Shown: positions 18,529 to 28,036, counted from the first letter of the stretch. The stretch: DNA of 30,663 nt from Dehalococcoidia bacterium (GCA_963582115.1 CAUZRH010000001.1:1-30663); one strand, 5' to 3'. Translations and numbers: made by a program. Notes: a model not told the origin generated them from the letters alone.

Positions 18529-19503
18529 TTGGTTTCGAGCGAAGTGAATATCGCAGACGTCGTCGAAGGCCCGATACCGCCTAGGGTAAATTCCGACGAG
18601 TGGCCCGGCAAGATTCACACCACGATCCAGGAAGTGCTGGATGCGATGGGACCCGCCCCGTGGTCAAAGTCGCTGATCTGGGACGAGCGCAACAATGTAA
18701 CGCTCATCGCAAACGCCGCCGATGGCGGCAACATCCCCCACTGGCACAAGGATTTCGACGAGTGGTGGATCGTGATGAAGGGGACCATCAGCTGGCACTA
18801 CACCGGCGGCAAGAAGGTAATTGCGAACGAGGGCGACGTTGTGTGGGTGCCGCGTGGCTCTGTGCACCACATCCAGAACGCAGGAGACGGCCTGTCGCTG
18901 CGACTGGCGATCTCACAGCCTCCCGCTGAGCACATTTCCTCGCCGTGCCAGGTCTGCGACTACGCACCCGACGCCCCTGCCGTCTTTGGTATCGCAGAGG
19001 TCAAATCTCCCGGCACTTTGAACATATCTGACACGGTCGAAGGGCCGATCCCGCCCCGGATCGACAACGCCGACTGGCCGGGCGTGCTGCACACGACGCT
19101 CGATGCGGTCAAAGCCAAACACGCAGGTGAGGACGAGTGGGCCGAGTTCATCGTTTCGGATGAACGGAATATCGGCACCCTGCTTTCTCAGCCGGAGGGC
19201 CACGGCAACGAACCGCACTATCACAAGGATTTCGACGAGTGGTGGTACGTGGCCGAGGGTCGGATCCGATGGGAACTGACCGGAGGAAAGACGTTCGTCG
19301 CCAGCAAAGGTGACATCGTCTGGGTACCGCGGGGCACGACGCACCACATCACAACAGAGGGTAAAGAGACGTCGATACGCCTGGCGATAGCCATGCCGCC
19401 AGGGGGCCATTGGAGCGCCAGTTGCGATGTGTGCGGAAGAGTGAATCCCGGTGAAGAAGTGAGCTGGATGAATGTCCCGAAGTCGAACGAAGGGCTTTCC
19501 TAA
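18529..19503 (+). CDS. Tandem bicupin, each repeat ending in CxxC
   Basis: HWHKDFDEWW.V.KG / HYHKDFDEWWYVAEG and GDVVWVPRGSVHHIQN / GDIVWVPRGTTHHI; identical 24 nt at 18745-18768 and 19222-19245; CQVC and CDVC. Confidence 0.85.
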   Translation: MVSSEVNIADVVEGPIPPRVNSDEWPGKIHTTIQEVLDAMGPAPWSKSLIWDERNNVTLIANAADGGNIPHWHKDFDEWWIVMKGTISWHYTGGKKVIANEGDVVWVPRGSVHHIQNAGDGLSLRLAISQPPAEHISSPCQVCDYAPDAPAVFGIAEVKSPGTLNISDTVEGPIPPRIDNADWPGVLHTTLDAVKAKHAGEDEWAEFIVSDERNIGTLLSQPEGHGNEPHYHKDFDEWWYVAEGRIRWELTGGKTFVASKGDIVWVPRGTTHHITTEGKETSIRLAIAMPPGGHWSASCDVCGRVNPGEEVSWMNVPKSNEGLS

Positions 19504-19545
19504 CACTTCTGTAGACCAAGAAGCGCTATTTCAAACATCACTTCT

Positions 19546-19580
19546 CCCTCACCCCAGCCCTCTCCCGCTGGGAGAGGGGG
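19546..19580. repeat. REP-like palindromic element (CCCTCACCCC..CCCTCTCCC-N3-GGGAGAGGG type)
   Basis: ccctcaccccagccctctcccgctgggagaggggg; 9-bp stem 19558-19566 / 19570-19578. Confidence 0.75.
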
Positions 19581-19604
19581 TCGCTAAGCGAAAGGCCCGA
19601 CTCC

Positions 19605-20816
19605 GTGGCGAAATCTCCAAAAATCGTGAAGATCGAAACCTTCCACCATGAGGAATACCCGAAGCTGGTGTTCATCAAGATCCACACCGATGACGGGTTG
19701 TTCGGCATCGGCGAGACGTCGTGGTCGCCGGAGCCGGTTCACGCGTTTATCCACGCCGACGCCGCCGAATACCTGCTGGGAAAGGACGCGAGCCAGGTGG
19801 ACTGGCACTGGCACAACCTGGCAAAGATGTCCGGCGGCATGCGTTCTCGAGGGGCCGAGATGCGGGCGCTTTCGGCGATCGACATCGCCCTCTGGGACCT
19901 GTTCGGCAAACGCATGGGCGAGCCTACGTACAACATGCTTGGCGGTCTTAGCAGGGACAAGATCAAGGTCTACAACACCTGCGCCGGCTACTCATACGGC
20001 GTGAATCGGCCAGGCAACTACGAGCCCGGATCGGTCGACTACCGGCCGGACGGTCCCTACGAGGACCAACACGCCTTCCTGACCGACCCGGTTGGGCTGG
20101 CCAAAAGCCTCCATTCAGAAGGCTTCAGGGCGATGAAAATTTGGCCCTTCGACCAGTTCGTCGCCAAGACCAACGGACAGCACATCTCTGCCGAGGACAT
20201 CGAGAAAGGCACAGAGCCGTTCCGATTGATTCATGAAGCGATGGGCGACCAGATGGAGGTCGCCGTTGAGATGCACCAGATGTGGAACCTGCCGTCTGCG
20301 ATCAAGATCGCCCAGGCTGTGACGCCGTTCAAGCCGCTCTGGTTTGAGGACGCCGTCCAGATGGACAACCTGGATGCGCTGGCGCAGTTCCGTAAGACGA
20401 CCAACATCCCGACCATCGCCAGCGAGGGCGTTTCCACCCGCTGGACGTTCCGAGAGATGTTCGTGAAGCAGGCGGTCGATATCACGATGTTCGACCTCGG
20501 CTGGGTCGGCGGTATCTCAGAGGCAAAACGTATCGCCACGATGTCTGAGGCATTCGGCATCCCGATCGCTCCGCACGACTGTGTGGGCCCGATCGCTTTC
20601 ATGGCGGACGTACACCTGAGTCTGAACGCCACGAACACCTTCATCCAGGAGACGGTACGGGCGTTCAACGCCACCTGGTACAACGACATCGTGACGGTTC
20701 TGCCTAAGGTCGAAAACGGCTTTGCCTCTGTAACTGACGATCCCGGGCTGGGATTGGACTTCACCGACAAGTTCATGAATAGCGATCAGCTGACCGTCAC
20801 AACGACTGAGCTTTAG
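19605..20816 (+). CDS. Mandelate racemase/muconate lactonizing enzyme family (acid-sugar dehydratase-like), paralogue 1
   Basis: HTDDGLFGIGE, ALSAIDIALWDL.GK, KIWPFD, EMH, WFED, ASE, MFDLGWVGG, APHDC, IQE, PGLG. Confidence 0.92.
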   Translation: MAKSPKIVKIETFHHEEYPKLVFIKIHTDDGLFGIGETSWSPEPVHAFIHADAAEYLLGKDASQVDWHWHNLAKMSGGMRSRGAEMRALSAIDIALWDLFGKRMGEPTYNMLGGLSRDKIKVYNTCAGYSYGVNRPGNYEPGSVDYRPDGPYEDQHAFLTDPVGLAKSLHSEGFRAMKIWPFDQFVAKTNGQHISAEDIEKGTEPFRLIHEAMGDQMEVAVEMHQMWNLPSAIKIAQAVTPFKPLWFEDAVQMDNLDALAQFRKTTNIPTIASEGVSTRWTFREMFVKQAVDITMFDLGWVGGISEAKRIATMSEAFGIPIAPHDCVGPIAFMADVHLSLNATNTFIQETVRAFNATWYNDIVTVLPKVENGFASVTDDPGLGLDFTDKFMNSDQLTVTTTEL

Positions 20817-20827
20817 GCTCCGCTACC

Positions 20828-22039
20828 GTGGCGAAATCGCCCATAATCGTCAAGATCGAAACCTTCCGGCACGGCGAGTATCCGCGTCTGGTTTTCGTCA
20901 AGATCCACACGGACGATGGTCTGTACGGCATCGGCGAGACGCCGGGTTCGCCAGAGCCGGTGCACGCCTTCATCCACGCCGATGCCGCCGAGTACCTGCT
21001 TGGCAAGGACGCCAGCCAACTGGACTGGCACTGGTCCAACCTGGCGAAGATGGCCGGCGGAATGCGCTCTCGTGGAGCCGAGATGCGGGCGCTCTCGGCG
21101 ATCGACATCGCCCTGTGGGATTTGTTCGGCAAACGAATGGGACAACCCACCTACAACATGCTCGGCGGGTTGAGCCGAGACAAGATAAAGGTCTACGCCA
21201 CCTGCGTCGGCTACCCGTTCTACATGAATCACTCAGATGGTCGTCGCCCCGGTTCCGCCGAGTACGTTCCGGAGGGGCCGTATGACGACGCACACACTTC
21301 CATGGTCGATCCGGTAGGACTGGCCGAGAGCCTGTACTCAGATGGTTACAGGGCGATGAAGATCTGGCCCTTCTCCCAATTCGCGGAGAAGACAAACGGC
21401 CAGTTCATTTCGGCCGGGGACATCGAGAAAGGGACCGAGCCGTTCAGGCTGATCCACGAGGCGATGGGCGACCAAATGGAGGTCGCCGTCGAGATGACCC
21501 AGTCGTGGAATCTGCCATCGGCGATCAAAATCGCTCAGGCGGTAACGCCGTACAAGCCGATCTGGTTTGAGGACGCGGTCCAGATGGACAACTTTGACGC
21601 GCTAGCCCAGTTCCGGCGCGCCACCAACATCCCGACGATAGCCAGCGAGGGCGTATCCACCCGCTGGTCGTTCCGGGAGATGTTCGTCAGTCAGGCGACC
21701 GATATCTGCATGTTCGACCTCGGTTGGGTCGGCGGAATTTCCGAAGCGAAACGCGTCTCGACGATGGCCGAGTCGTTTGGAATCCCGATCGCACCCCATG
21801 ACTGCGTTGGTCCTGTCGCCTTCATGGCGGGCGTACATCTCAGCCTGAACGCCCCGAACGCCTTCATCCAGGAGGCGGTGAGGTCGTACAACGCCAGCTG
21901 GTACAAGGACGTCGTGACTGCCCTACCGAAGATCGAGAACGGATTCGCATCTGTATCTGACGCCCCCGGACTGGGGCTGGATTTCACCGACAAGTTTTTG
22001 AATAGCGATCAGCTAACTGTACGAGTCAGCGAGCTTTAA
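20828..22039 (+). CDS. MR/MLE enolase-superfamily protein, paralogue 2 (about 81% identical to paralogue 1)
   Basis: Same length and motifs as paralogue 1 (about 76 differences in 403 aa by manual count), but EMT replaces EMH. Confidence 0.92.
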   Translation: MAKSPIIVKIETFRHGEYPRLVFVKIHTDDGLYGIGETPGSPEPVHAFIHADAAEYLLGKDASQLDWHWSNLAKMAGGMRSRGAEMRALSAIDIALWDLFGKRMGQPTYNMLGGLSRDKIKVYATCVGYPFYMNHSDGRRPGSAEYVPEGPYDDAHTSMVDPVGLAESLYSDGYRAMKIWPFSQFAEKTNGQFISAGDIEKGTEPFRLIHEAMGDQMEVAVEMTQSWNLPSAIKIAQAVTPYKPIWFEDAVQMDNFDALAQFRRATNIPTIASEGVSTRWSFREMFVSQATDICMFDLGWVGGISEAKRVSTMAESFGIPIAPHDCVGPVAFMAGVHLSLNAPNAFIQEAVRSYNASWYKDVVTALPKIENGFASVSDAPGLGLDFTDKFLNSDQLTVRVSEL

Positions 22040-22048
22040 TTACCGTCC

Positions 22049-23257
22049 ATGAGAATTACAAAAGTGGAGACCATTCGGACCTCCAACATCCCTCGTTGGG
22101 TGTGGGTCCAGATTCACACCGATAGCGGCCTGATCGGCCTCGGGGAGTCGACCGCAGTGTCGGCCCCTACCGAAGCCCATATCCGTGCCGAGTTCGCTCC
22201 TTATTTGATCGGCAAGGACCCGATGCAGGTGGCGCAGCTGCACGAGGGCATGCAGTCCCGAAGCCGCATCGGCCCGAACGGCAGCGCGGAGTGGCGTGCG
22301 ATCTCTGCGGTAGATCTGGCGTTGTGGGACATTGTTGGACAGGCGACCAACGCGCCGATCTACCAGGCCCTTGGCGGCAAGGTCCGTGATTCAGTCCCGA
22401 TCTACAACACATGTGCCGACTGGCGTTACGCGGTTCGTTCAGGAACGACCTCATGGGGTCTCTCCGCACCAACGATTCACGAGACGCCGCCGGGCAAGTA
22501 CGACGATCTGCAGGGTTTCCTGAACGATGCCGGTTCGGTGGCCGAGAGTCTTCTTGATGAGGGCATCAAGGCAATGAAGATCTGGCCCTTTGATCAGTTC
22601 GTTCCGAAGACAAACGGCCAGCACATATCTGCCGAAGACGTGAACAAGGGCATGGAGCCGTTCCGCAAGATCCGTGAACGCGTGGGCAACAAGATCGAGG
22701 TCATGGCGGAGCTCCACGGCATGTGGAACATCCCGTCGGCCGTAAAAATCGTCAATGCGCTGGAAGAGGTCGCCCCATACTGGGTTGAAGACGTAACTTC
22801 TGCGGACAACGTGGAGGGGCTACGACAGGTGCAGGAACGCACCCACCTCACAGTCCTTGGCAACGAGACGCTGGCAAGCGCCGAGGCGTATCTCCCGATG
22901 CTCTCAAGCGGCGCAATACGAATCCTGATGTTCGACACGACCTTTGTCGGCGGTTTTACCGAGGCCCGTAAGGTGATGTCGCTCGCCGAGGCGCAAAAAG
23001 TTCCGGCAACGCCGCACGACTGCAACGGCCCGGTAAACCTGTTCGCCGGAATTCACCTGTGTATGCACGCCCCCAACGCCTTCATACAGGAGACGACGCG
23101 GGCCTTCATCCACGAAGTGTACGGACGTGTGGTGGACCGATTGCCGCGCATCCAGAACGGCATCGTCTACGCGCCCACAGACCCCGGTATCGGCACCGCG
23201 CTGCGGGCTGACTTCCTGGCTGACCCGGCAACGGTGATTACGGCTGTTGAGGGGTAG
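22049..23257 (+). CDS. MR/MLE enolase-superfamily protein, paralogue 3
   Basis: HTDSGLIGLGES, AISAVDLALWDIVG, YNTCA, KIWPFD, ELH, WVED, GNE, TPHDC, IQE, PGIG. Confidence 0.92.
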   Translation: MRITKVETIRTSNIPRWVWVQIHTDSGLIGLGESTAVSAPTEAHIRAEFAPYLIGKDPMQVAQLHEGMQSRSRIGPNGSAEWRAISAVDLALWDIVGQATNAPIYQALGGKVRDSVPIYNTCADWRYAVRSGTTSWGLSAPTIHETPPGKYDDLQGFLNDAGSVAESLLDEGIKAMKIWPFDQFVPKTNGQHISAEDVNKGMEPFRKIRERVGNKIEVMAELHGMWNIPSAVKIVNALEEVAPYWVEDVTSADNVEGLRQVQERTHLTVLGNETLASAEAYLPMLSSGAIRILMFDTTFVGGFTEARKVMSLAEAQKVPATPHDCNGPVNLFAGIHLCMHAPNAFIQETTRAFIHEVYGRVVDRLPRIQNGIVYAPTDPGIGTALRADFLADPATVITAVEG

Positions 23258-23293
23258 GAGGTCACTCCGGATATGAGCAAGCAATTGCGACTA

Positions 23294-23387
23294 GTCATGC
23301 TGAGGAGCTTGCCGCTCGATGACGTCTTTACGACCGACCAACTTGCACTCAACTAACGGCGAAATACTTCGCTTCACTCAGGATGAC
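23294..23387. repeat. REPIN/MITE-like element with GTCATGCTGAG / CTCAGGATGAC termini
   Basis: Inverted termini match 10 of 11 nt; right arm gaaatacttcgcttcactcaggatgac; left arm degenerate. Confidence 0.6.
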
Positions 23388-23454
23388 TTGATGTGTGTAC
23401 AACCGTTGAGTCCGGCGACGTCGGCTAGCGCTCAAACGAAACTCAAGTAACCTT

Positions 23455-23595
23455 TCATCCTGAACTCGATTCAGGATCCGATCTTATCCACATCCGGAAC
23501 GAATCCGGTCTCACTGGCAGGTACTGGCAAACAGCCTTGCTCATTCGACAAAGATATTTCCGTGACAATCCGATCCTGAATCGAGTTCAGGATGA
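23455..23595. repeat. REPIN/MITE-like element with 24-bp perfect terminal inverted repeats
   Basis: tcatcctgaactcgattcaggatc (23455-23478) and its exact reverse complement (23572-23595); each arm is itself palindromic; 93-bp spacer. Confidence 0.85.
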
Positions 23596-23669
23596 CAATA
23601 GGATCGCCTAGGGTGACACCATCCGCACCCGATCCTGAACAAACCACACGAGTGTGCACAGGAGAACCC

Positions 23670-24488
23670 ATGAAAGTCCTCATCACCGGCGCTACCGGCC
23701 TCATAGGAACGTCCGTTTGGGCCCGGCTGGCTGACACGCCTGACCGGTACACGCTCAAGGGCTTCGATCTTGTTGGCGATCCCGGCCGTGACATCGTCGA
23801 GGGCAATGTCGCCGACTATAACGAAGTGCGGGCGGCGCTGGAGGGGCAGGACGCAGTAGTTCACCTCGGGGCCAACGGAGGGCCGGGCGATCACTGGGAC
23901 CAGATGCGTGAGTCCAACCTGGTCGGTGCCTACAACATCTTCGAATCGGCACGAGAGGCCGGCGTAAAGCGGGTTATCTTTGCATCGACCGGGCAGGTGA
24001 CCTGGAATTACGAACAGGAAGACGATCTCGGCGAGGTGATAGGCGGGACTTACGACGGCGAATCCGACTCGTACGAGCGCGCGCAACACACCTGGCCGAT
24101 CCGTCCGTCAGGACTGTATGCCGCTACCAAGGCCTGGGGCGAGGCGTTGGGTCGCTACTACTCAGACGTCCACAGCATATCGGTGCTATGCATTCGCTTC
24201 AGCTCCGTCAACCGGACCGATTCGCCCCTAAGCCCGACCAGCAACATCAACCCGAATGATGTCGATATGCCGGGTAACCGATCGTTCTCGCTGTGGACCA
24301 GCAATCGTGATGCAGCGCAGCTTGTCCAGAAATGCCTGGATGCGCCGGACGATCTGATGTACGACATCTTTTACTCGGGCTCGGACAATCTGTGGGGCGT
24401 AAGGGACATCTCGCACGCGAGGGATGTCCTCGGCTACCAACCGGAGGACCGAGCAGAAGACTTCAGACCAAAATACGAGGGCGGCTAG
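23670..24488 (+). CDS. NAD(P)-dependent epimerase/dehydrogenase, uronate-dehydrogenase-like SDR
   Basis: MKVLITGATGLIG, DAVVHLGA, N.VGAYNIFESAR.AGVKRVIFAS, YAATK (YxxxK), VLCIRF. ATG 23670 with AGGAGA RBS. Confidence 0.85.
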   Translation: MKVLITGATGLIGTSVWARLADTPDRYTLKGFDLVGDPGRDIVEGNVADYNEVRAALEGQDAVVHLGANGGPGDHWDQMRESNLVGAYNIFESAREAGVKRVIFASTGQVTWNYEQEDDLGEVIGGTYDGESDSYERAQHTWPIRPSGLYAATKAWGEALGRYYSDVHSISVLCIRFSSVNRTDSPLSPTSNINPNDVDMPGNRSFSLWTSNRDAAQLVQKCLDAPDDLMYDIFYSGSDNLWGVRDISHARDVLGYQPEDRAEDFRPKYEGG

Positions 24489-24561
24489 GCCCCGCTGGGC
24501 GGCCATTTGGATGGCGTTGTCTGGGCAGGTTCGTTTTTGCGCCCTTCAACCTTCCGGCCGT

Positions 24562-25509
24562 TCACGCCCCGTTCAGGAACTCCACGAGCAGCCGGTTTGT
24601 TGTTTCTGGTTGGTCCCAGAAGCAGACGTGGCCCGCGTCTTCGATGACTTCGAGCCTCGCTCCGAGGATCAATCGGGCGGCGCGCGTGCCGTGGTCTACG
24701 GGGAATATACGGTCGTCGTCGCCCCACAGAACCAGCGTTGGTGCTGCCAGCGAAGCCAGCTGTTTGTCTGAGAACCTTCGACGTTGCCCGAGCCATGACG
24801 TGAAGCGCTTCATGCCCTCCTTCATCGGCTCAGATCGACCCGGTCGAACACGCACGGCGTACGAGTACTCCGAGTAGGCCAATTTATCCGGCATCTCCGG
24901 CTTTCTTACCTCCCACTTCTCGAAGACTCGATCACGTACAAATCGTGTCGGCTTAAAGAGAAGTGCGCCAAGCCAGGGAGCATGAACGAGACGCCAGGCG
25001 TAGGGGATGGCGCGTCCCATGCCCGCAGAGTCGACAAGCACAAGTCGGCGCACCCGCTCCGGGTGCTGAAGAGCGGCTGTGAGGACGACCGCACCGCCAA
25101 ACGACAGTCCAACGAAATCGGCTTGCTCAATTCCCAGTGCATCGAGAAAGCTGATCAGGATACGCGCCACGGATTCGGTGGGATGCCCGTCCTGATCTGC
25201 CAGGTCGGAAAGCCCGAACAACGGGCTGTCGAGGGCGATTACCCTGCGGATCTCACGTAGCGCCGCGATCTGCCCGTACCAGTTGCCGGACCCCGGGCCT
25301 GCGCCGTGCATCAGCAACACGGGCGGCAGATCGCTGTCTTTAGGCCCGTAGTCCAGATAATGAACGCGAAAATCCTCTACCTGTACGAAACCGCCTGAGT
25401 ACTCCAGGCCAGCCCGCGCAAGTAGTCCGACGAGAGCCTTATAAATCGCATCCCCGCCGGGAATCCCCATTGCAGCAGTCTCGGTATTGGATTCGCTCGA
25501 CATTCCCAT
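24562..25509 (-). CDS. Alpha/beta-fold hydrolase
   Basis: LLMHGAGPG, VIALDSPLFGLS, nucleophile GLSFGG, LVLWGDDD.IFP, AGH. Start uncertain (ATG 25509 or 25503). Confidence 0.88.
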   Translation of the reverse strand: MGMSSESNTETAAMGIPGGDAIYKALVGLLARAGLEYSGGFVQVEDFRVHYLDYGPKDSDLPPVLLMHGAGPGSGNWYGQIAALREIRRVIALDSPLFGLSDLADQDGHPTESVARILISFLDALGIEQADFVGLSFGGAVVLTAALQHPERVRRLVLVDSAGMGRAIPYAWRLVHAPWLGALLFKPTRFVRDRVFEKWEVRKPEMPDKLAYSEYSYAVRVRPGRSEPMKEGMKRFTSWLGQRRRFSDKQLASLAAPTLVLWGDDDRIFPVDHGTRAARLILGARLEVIEDAGHVCFWDQPETTNRLLVEFLNGA

Positions 25510-25603
25510 ACGTATCTGCTCGGTCTGGTTGAATAACCCTGGCAAAGGTTGGTGTCCTGCACTCAGGTGACGAAAGACCGTCCAACATTAGAATAGCCAC
25601 CCA

Positions 25604-28036
25604 ATGCCCGATAACGAAGTTTTCAGCCCGAATAATCCTGAGGACTCGACGCCGACGCAAACGCTCACCGAGCGTTCCCGCGAGCTGATCGAGTGGCCAA
25701 AGGTCCTGGACATGCTCGCCGGTCGAGCGCAGATGTTCAGGGCGAGAGAACTAGCGCTCGCACTTGAGCCGTCATACAACGAACACGAGGTCGAGCGACT
25801 TCAGGAAGAAACGGCTGAGGCTCGGCGCATCCTGGACGAGTCCGGCGACATCGGCCTCGGCGGGCTGATCGACCCCCGGCTGTATATCGACAGAGCAGAG
25901 CTTGGCGGAGTGCTTGATGGCGAGGAGTTGCGTCGCACCGGACAGGTCCTGCGTTCGCTGTGGGAGGCCCGTGAGGCAGCGCATGCGCTGGGCCGTCAAA
26001 CACCGCTCGTTGGCACGCTAGCTGCGCTCATCCCGGATTTACGTTGGATCGATGAGCGCATCGGTGAGGCTATCAACGAGCGCGGCAACATCCGTGATTC
26101 GGCGACGCCCAATCTTGGAAAACTGCGTTCAGGCGTGGGCGACAACTACCGCAAACTTGCCAACCATCTCCAGAGACTGATCTCGAAACCATCCGTGCGC
26201 GATGCCATCCAGGCCCCTGTTATCGCCACTAGAGGCGACCGACTGGTGGTGGAAGTGCGCTCGAACCAGCGTTCGGTCGTGCCGGGAATCGTCCATGACG
26301 TCTCCAACACGGGTCAGACGCTATTTATTGAACCTTTCGACGCAGTAGAACTGTGCAACGGTTGGCGAGAATCCTCTGCCGCGGTGTCTCGTGAAGAGGA
26401 AAAGGTCCTCAGTCGACTCTCCGGCCTGATCTCAGATCGAGCGTACGACGCGCTCTCGGCGATCGAGGCGGCGGGCAAGCTGGATCTTGTGTTCTCACGA
26501 GCCAGACTTGCTCACATGATGCGCGGCGCAAGGGCACAGACACTCCCAGCGGGCGACGACACCGCCATCAATCTGGTCGATGTGAGGCACCCGTTGCTTG
26601 GCAACAGCGCGGTCCCGATCAGCATTTCGACCGGTCCCGACTTCCGCGCTCTCGTAATCACCGGCCCCAACACCGGCGGCAAGACCGTCGCGCTCAAGAC
26701 CGCCGGGCTAGCAGTCCTGATGCACCAGTGCGGAATGCAGGTTCCGGGCGACCCGCTCACCCAGATTTCGGTTTTTGACGGCGTTTACGTAGACATCGGA
26801 GACGCTCAGAGCATCGAACGCTCCGTATCGACCTTTTCGTCTCACCTCGGAGCTGTTGTGGACGTTTTGCAGGAGGCCGACGACCATTCGTTGGTGCTTC
26901 TGGACGAGCTCGGCACCGGCACGGACCCTGAAGAGGGTTCTGCTCTGGCGAGGGCGATTCTGGACCACCTTGTGGAAGGCCGAATCCCGACCATCGTTAC
27001 GACCCACCATCGCGCCGTCGCCGAGCATGCGGGCGAGTCGCCCGGAATGCGGAACGCCGCTGTGGAGCTAAACCCGGACACGATGATGCCGAGCTACCGG
27101 GTGTCTATGGGCACACCGGGACGAAGTTACGCCATGGCCGTCGCCGAACGACTAGGCTTGCCCGAAGAGGTACTGGAGCGCGCACGAGATCTGCTATCTC
27201 CGGAACACTCCGCCACGGAAGCGTTGCTCATTCAGCTACAGCGTGAACGTGCAGAGATCGAAGGCCAGCTTGCCGCGGCCGAGGCGTACAGCGCGGATGC
27301 GGAAGCGGCTAAGAGCGATTTGGATAGGCGAGTACGGGCTATTACAGAGGCGCAGGACGATCTGGTGGAGGAGACACGCGCAGAGCTTCAGCGCGAGGCT
27401 GACGACGTACGCACGAGCCTGAGGCAGATCCAACGGCAAGCGAGCCAGGAACGCGATATGACGGTAGTGCGCAAAGAGCAGGAGCGCGTCAGGCGGTCAT
27501 TGCAGCGCGCCGACAGGTTCAAAGTCACACGCCCGGCCGAGAGCGAGAAGATCGAACCAGAGGCGGCACCGCCGCCACCAAGGCCCGTCACGGCGGGCGA
27601 CCTGGTTGAGGTTCGGGGTCTTGGCGCACAGGCGACGGTGACCGAGGTCAACTCCGACGGTTCCGCCAATCTCATCCTCGGAAACGCACGTGTGACGCTC
27701 AACATAGCCCAGTTGAAGGTGGTCACGCCGTCAGAGAACGTCAAGAAGTCCAACGAGAAGTTGATACGGACCTCAACGCCGGTGATAGATGCGCCAACCC
27801 GGGAGCTGGATATCCGGGGTATCCGGGCTATCGAGGTTTACGAGCAGGTGGTGGCGTTCTTGGACGAGGCCGCGCTGCTGGGCCTGACCAGCGTCCGGGT
27901 CATCCATGGCAAAGGGACCGGCGCGCTTCGAGACGCTACTCGGGAGGCCCTCAAACGTCACCCGGCGGTAGGCGGTTTTGAACGGTCAGAGCAATCAATG
28001 GGCGGCGACGGATCGACCGAGATAGACCTGCTTTAG
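25604..28036 (+). CDS. mutS2: MutS2 (MutS ATPase plus Smr domain)
   Basis: PGIVHDVSNTGQTLFIEP, ITGPNTGGKTVALKT, QSIERSVSTFSSH, LLDELGTGTDP.EG, coiled coil, LDIRG...VIHGKGTGALR. Confidence 0.97.
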   Translation: MPDNEVFSPNNPEDSTPTQTLTERSRELIEWPKVLDMLAGRAQMFRARELALALEPSYNEHEVERLQEETAEARRILDESGDIGLGGLIDPRLYIDRAELGGVLDGEELRRTGQVLRSLWEAREAAHALGRQTPLVGTLAALIPDLRWIDERIGEAINERGNIRDSATPNLGKLRSGVGDNYRKLANHLQRLISKPSVRDAIQAPVIATRGDRLVVEVRSNQRSVVPGIVHDVSNTGQTLFIEPFDAVELCNGWRESSAAVSREEEKVLSRLSGLISDRAYDALSAIEAAGKLDLVFSRARLAHMMRGARAQTLPAGDDTAINLVDVRHPLLGNSAVPISISTGPDFRALVITGPNTGGKTVALKTAGLAVLMHQCGMQVPGDPLTQISVFDGVYVDIGDAQSIERSVSTFSSHLGAVVDVLQEADDHSLVLLDELGTGTDPEEGSALARAILDHLVEGRIPTIVTTHHRAVAEHAGESPGMRNAAVELNPDTMMPSYRVSMGTPGRSYAMAVAERLGLPEEVLERARDLLSPEHSATEALLIQLQRERAEIEGQLAAAEAYSADAEAAKSDLDRRVRAITEAQDDLVEETRAELQREADDVRTSLRQIQRQASQERDMTVVRKEQERVRRSLQRADRFKVTRPAESEKIEPEAAPPPPRPVTAGDLVEVRGLGAQATVTEVNSDGSANLILGNARVTLNIAQLKVVTPSENVKKSNEKLIRTSTPVIDAPTRELDIRGIRAIEVYEQVVAFLDEAALLGLTSVRVIHGKGTGALRDATREALKRHPAVGGFERSEQSMGGDGSTEIDLL

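Noticed and set aside
23294-23595. CRISPR array
   Set aside because: The repeats are inverted rather than regularly spaced direct repeats, and no cas genes are present.
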